DNA of 64,000 nucleotides, taken from assembly GCA_963924565.1 (NCBI GenBank), contig OZ004613.1, positions 25,048,001-25,112,000 on the forward strand, written 5' to 3'. A program made the translations under genes and the position numbers. This document shows positions 62,735-64,000 of this stretch, in pieces (position 1 is the first letter of the stretch; each line of letters opens with the position of its first letter). The notes under the pieces are model-generated. The model was given only the letters and a program-made list of their open reading frames with translations. It was not told the origin of the DNA and ran no database searches. This stretch comes from Ascidiella aspersa (taxonomy: Eukaryota).

Positions 62735-63237
62735 GTTTTAACATTTCAGGACTGTTTTCCTTCGTTTGATATTTTCTTATTTAGCCTTCAAGAATATTAC
62801 ATGTAGTATATTGTTCACCACTTTTATCATTTTTTATCACAAGTAAATATTTAGTTTCTTTTCAGTTTTTTTTGTTCTTTTTTATGTAAAAAAAATAATG
62901 CCGATTTTGACGTAACTGCGGTATTCTGAATTTTAGTGAGGTTGTATTAGATATTTTGTAACCTTCGTAGTTTGTTTTGCATAGCTCCCCTAGGCCTGAT
63001 AAGAGTTTGTCTGATCGTGTATTTTCCCAAGACTCTTTACTCTATTATTTGTACACAAACCAGCCATGCATAAGACTAACGCATGTTTGGCGTGATATGA
63101 ATAGGTTCATGTTTTTATTGGTGTATTAAAAAAAATTTGAAACTATTTTGTCGCACTGTAAACAGCAAATATAGGCCACACAATTTCCTACAAATATGCC
63201 GTATCGTATAGTATGCATTTCAAAAACTGCAATTTGC

Positions 63238-63672
63238 CAGTCTTGTAATGACGCACTTAAGTCGTTTTGGTAAAATAAATTGACTTGCCCTAATTCGTTT
63301 TTGACAAGTGATTTGACTTGGGCTTAAGTCTTGAGTATAATGAGTTAGGTTTAAATTTATAAGCGTTTTTTTCAACAATTATTTATAAAATTTAGCAATT
63401 TCTCTTAAACTTTTCACGTAAACCAATTAAATTGCTACGATCGAGTTGTTTTTTGTTGGTATTGTTCTTGGTTTCGTTTTATAGAGATATAAGTGATTTG
63501 GCTTGAAAATTACTTGCTCTAATTATGACTCGACTGGAACTTTACTTAGACAAATAATGTTTTGAACTGGGACTTGACTTGTTAATTTCTATAGAAGAAT
63601 TGCCTAAACTTCGGATGCTTTTAAATGACTTAACTGGGACTTAAGTCTATTAAAAATGACTTCTTAACACTG
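63238..63672. mobile_element. Duplicate of the 55224-55658 MITE
   Basis: Carried in the +8014 duplication. Confidence 0.75.
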
Positions 63673-64000
63673 CAATTTTCATTTTGTTGTAGGTGGTGAA
63701 TCCAAACTAGAACCTCTAAAATCACAGTTCATACCGAAACACATAACTGTAAACCTTTGTAAAAGCTTTTATCACTTATATGCCTATCTTTACCGAAATC
63801 GTAATAGTTGTAACGCTCTATCGATTTGTGCAAAGGGAGATATGACTTAACCACGCATCATGTACCGCCACAAAACTAACCAAAGTCAGTCGGCCATTAC
63901 CAGAGTGATCAAACTAGTTTTAAAATCAATATGCATACTTTTGTTTTAGTGAAACTCCTAAATAGATATGTCCGATATTTTACATTGTATTCCGATACCG

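Larger units (their letters stand above)
50977..64000. repeat. 8014 bp-period segmental tandem duplication (~50977-55986 matches ~58991-64000 and runs off the window end)
   Basis: The ORF track repeats at +8014; sequences are near-identical, with only scattered substitutions seen. Confidence 0.95.

Overview
This is eukaryotic, AT-rich, intron-containing animal DNA. The compact introns, MITE and SINE load and gene content suggest an invertebrate chordate, probably an ascidian; this is inference. Exons were assembled by hand from GT-AG sites and phase matching. (1) A 16-exon + strand receptor tyrosine kinase spans 236-46617 (about 906 aa): signal peptide, Cys-containing FN3-like region, FN3, two EGF-like modules, TM, kinase, tail. 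Its kinase domain carries STYK1/NOK-type signatures (GDLLHFLW, HGDVAARN, SPER, DVWSFGILLYEMVTLG, RPSSC). Unlike vertebrate STYK1 it keeps a full ectodomain, a canonical GxGxxG and DFG. (2) Two tandem copies (8014 bp apart, - strand) of an 11-exon gene encode a secreted ~648 aa Tyr/Cys/Lys-rich protein with an internal two-fold repeat, a TATA+Inr promoter and an upstream ~360 bp repeat array. All coding differences I saw between the copies are synonymous. (3) There are many non-autonomous TIR elements (mostly hAT-like with 8 bp TSDs), a tRNA-derived SINE and local duplications, including duplicated splice acceptors. A candidate intronic promoter and first exon could make a kinase-only isoform. 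No prokaryotic features, CRISPR arrays, rRNA or true tRNA genes were seen.
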